Source: Longivirga aurantiaca
Lineage (GTDB): Bacteria > Actinomycetota > Actinomycetes > S36-B12 > CAIYMF01
Length of the DNA stretch: 32,000 nucleotides
Reading direction: 5' to 3'
Assembly: GCF_042660085.1 (NCBI RefSeq)
Contig: NZ_JBHSTI010000008.1
Span: 2,265,604 to 2,297,603 of the forward strand
The notes under the pieces were generated by a model, which was not told where the DNA came from, ran no database searches, and saw only the letters and a program-made list of their open reading frames with translations. Numbering within the stretch: the first letter of the stretch is position 1; the number at the start of each line of letters is the position of its first letter. Both the position numbers and the translations under genes were made by a program. Shown here piece by piece: positions 31,411 through 32,000 of this stretch.

Positions 31411-32000
31411 CCGTCGACGACCTCGTCCCCGACATCGGGACGCTGACCGCGCGCCTCGCCGACGCGGGCTACCTCTCCGACCCCAGCCTCGCGGCCGCGC
31501 TCTTCTGCGCCGTACGGCTCCCCCAGCCGCTGCTGCTCGAGGGCGAGGCCGGCGTCGGCAAGACCCAGGCTGCGAAGTCGCTCGCCGAGCTGCTCGACAC
31601 CCCGCTGCTGCGGCTGCAGTGCTTCGAGGGCATCGATGCCGCCGAGGCGCTCTACGAGTGGAACTACCCGCGGCAGCTCCTCGGCATCCGCCTCGCGGAG
31701 GCGCAGGGCGCGGACCTCGTCGAGGAGACGCTGTTCGGCGAGAAGTACCTCGTCCGCCGTCCCCTCATGCAGGCGCTCGAGCACCCCGGTCCCCGTCCGG
31801 CCGTCCTGCTGATCGACGAGGTCGACCGCGCCGACGAGGAGTTCGAGGCGTTCCTGTTCGAGCTGCTCGCGGAGTCGACCGTGACGATCCCCGAGCTCGG
31901 CACGATCCGCGCGACCCATCCGCCGATCGTGATCCTCACCTCGAACCGCACCCGCGACCTGCACGACGCCCTCAAGCGCCGCTGCCTGTACCACTGGATC
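31407..32000 (+). CDS. coxD: MoxR-family AAA+ ATPase (CoxD-like), 3' truncated by window end
   Basis: GTG start overlapping the upstream stop (GTGA); 'QPLLLEGEAGVGKTQAAKSLAELL' Walker A, 'PAVLLIDEVDRADEEFEAFLFELLAE' Walker B, 'PPIVILTSNRTRDLHDALKRRCLYHWI'. Confidence 0.9.
   Translation, partial: MTVDDLVPDIGTLTARLADAGYLSDPSLAAALFCAVRLPQPLLLEGEAGVGKTQAAKSLAELLDTPLLRLQCFEGIDAAEALYEWNYPRQLLGIRLAEAQGADLVEETLFGEKYLVRRPLMQALEHPGPRPAVLLIDEVDRADEEFEAFLFELLAESTVTIPELGTIRATHPPIVILTSNRTRDLHDALKRRCLYHWI

Overview
High-GC actinobacterial-type chromosomal window. I found no CRISPR array, IS element or phage module. The right half (about 15.4-32 kb) is a compact molybdenum-hydroxylase / CO-oxidation island. 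It holds a form II-type coxSLM operon (CoxL motif AYRGAGR), then a convergent minus-strand operon (XdhC-like, MobA/MocA-like NTP transferase, HTH+TOBE regulator, modA, modB, modC). These are followed by moaE, a patatin-like phospholipase, coxG, a form I-type coxMSL operon (CoxL motif AYACSFR), an XdhC/CoxF-like protein with an extra C-terminal YHS-like cysteine domain, and a truncated MoxR/CoxD ATPase. The left half holds a truncated LacI-family regulator, a thioesterase, the ABC-F protein EttA, a single-stranded DNA-binding protein, tRNA-Arg(TCT) and a three-gene minus-strand unit. That unit encodes a fatty-acyl-reductase-like SDR, a 686-aa protein whose C-terminal half resembles cyanobacterial acyl-ACP reductase, and an alpha/beta hydrolase. 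An AGE-family epimerase, an ATP-grasp protein, a tyrosine/serine phosphatase and a secreted subtilase follow. The most notable points are the two-domain acyl-ACP-reductase-like protein with its SDR partner, the paired form I / form II cox operons around a shared Mo-supply operon, the XdhC-YHS fusion, and a strong hairpin upstream of the patatin gene. Family calls were made by reading motifs, without database searches.
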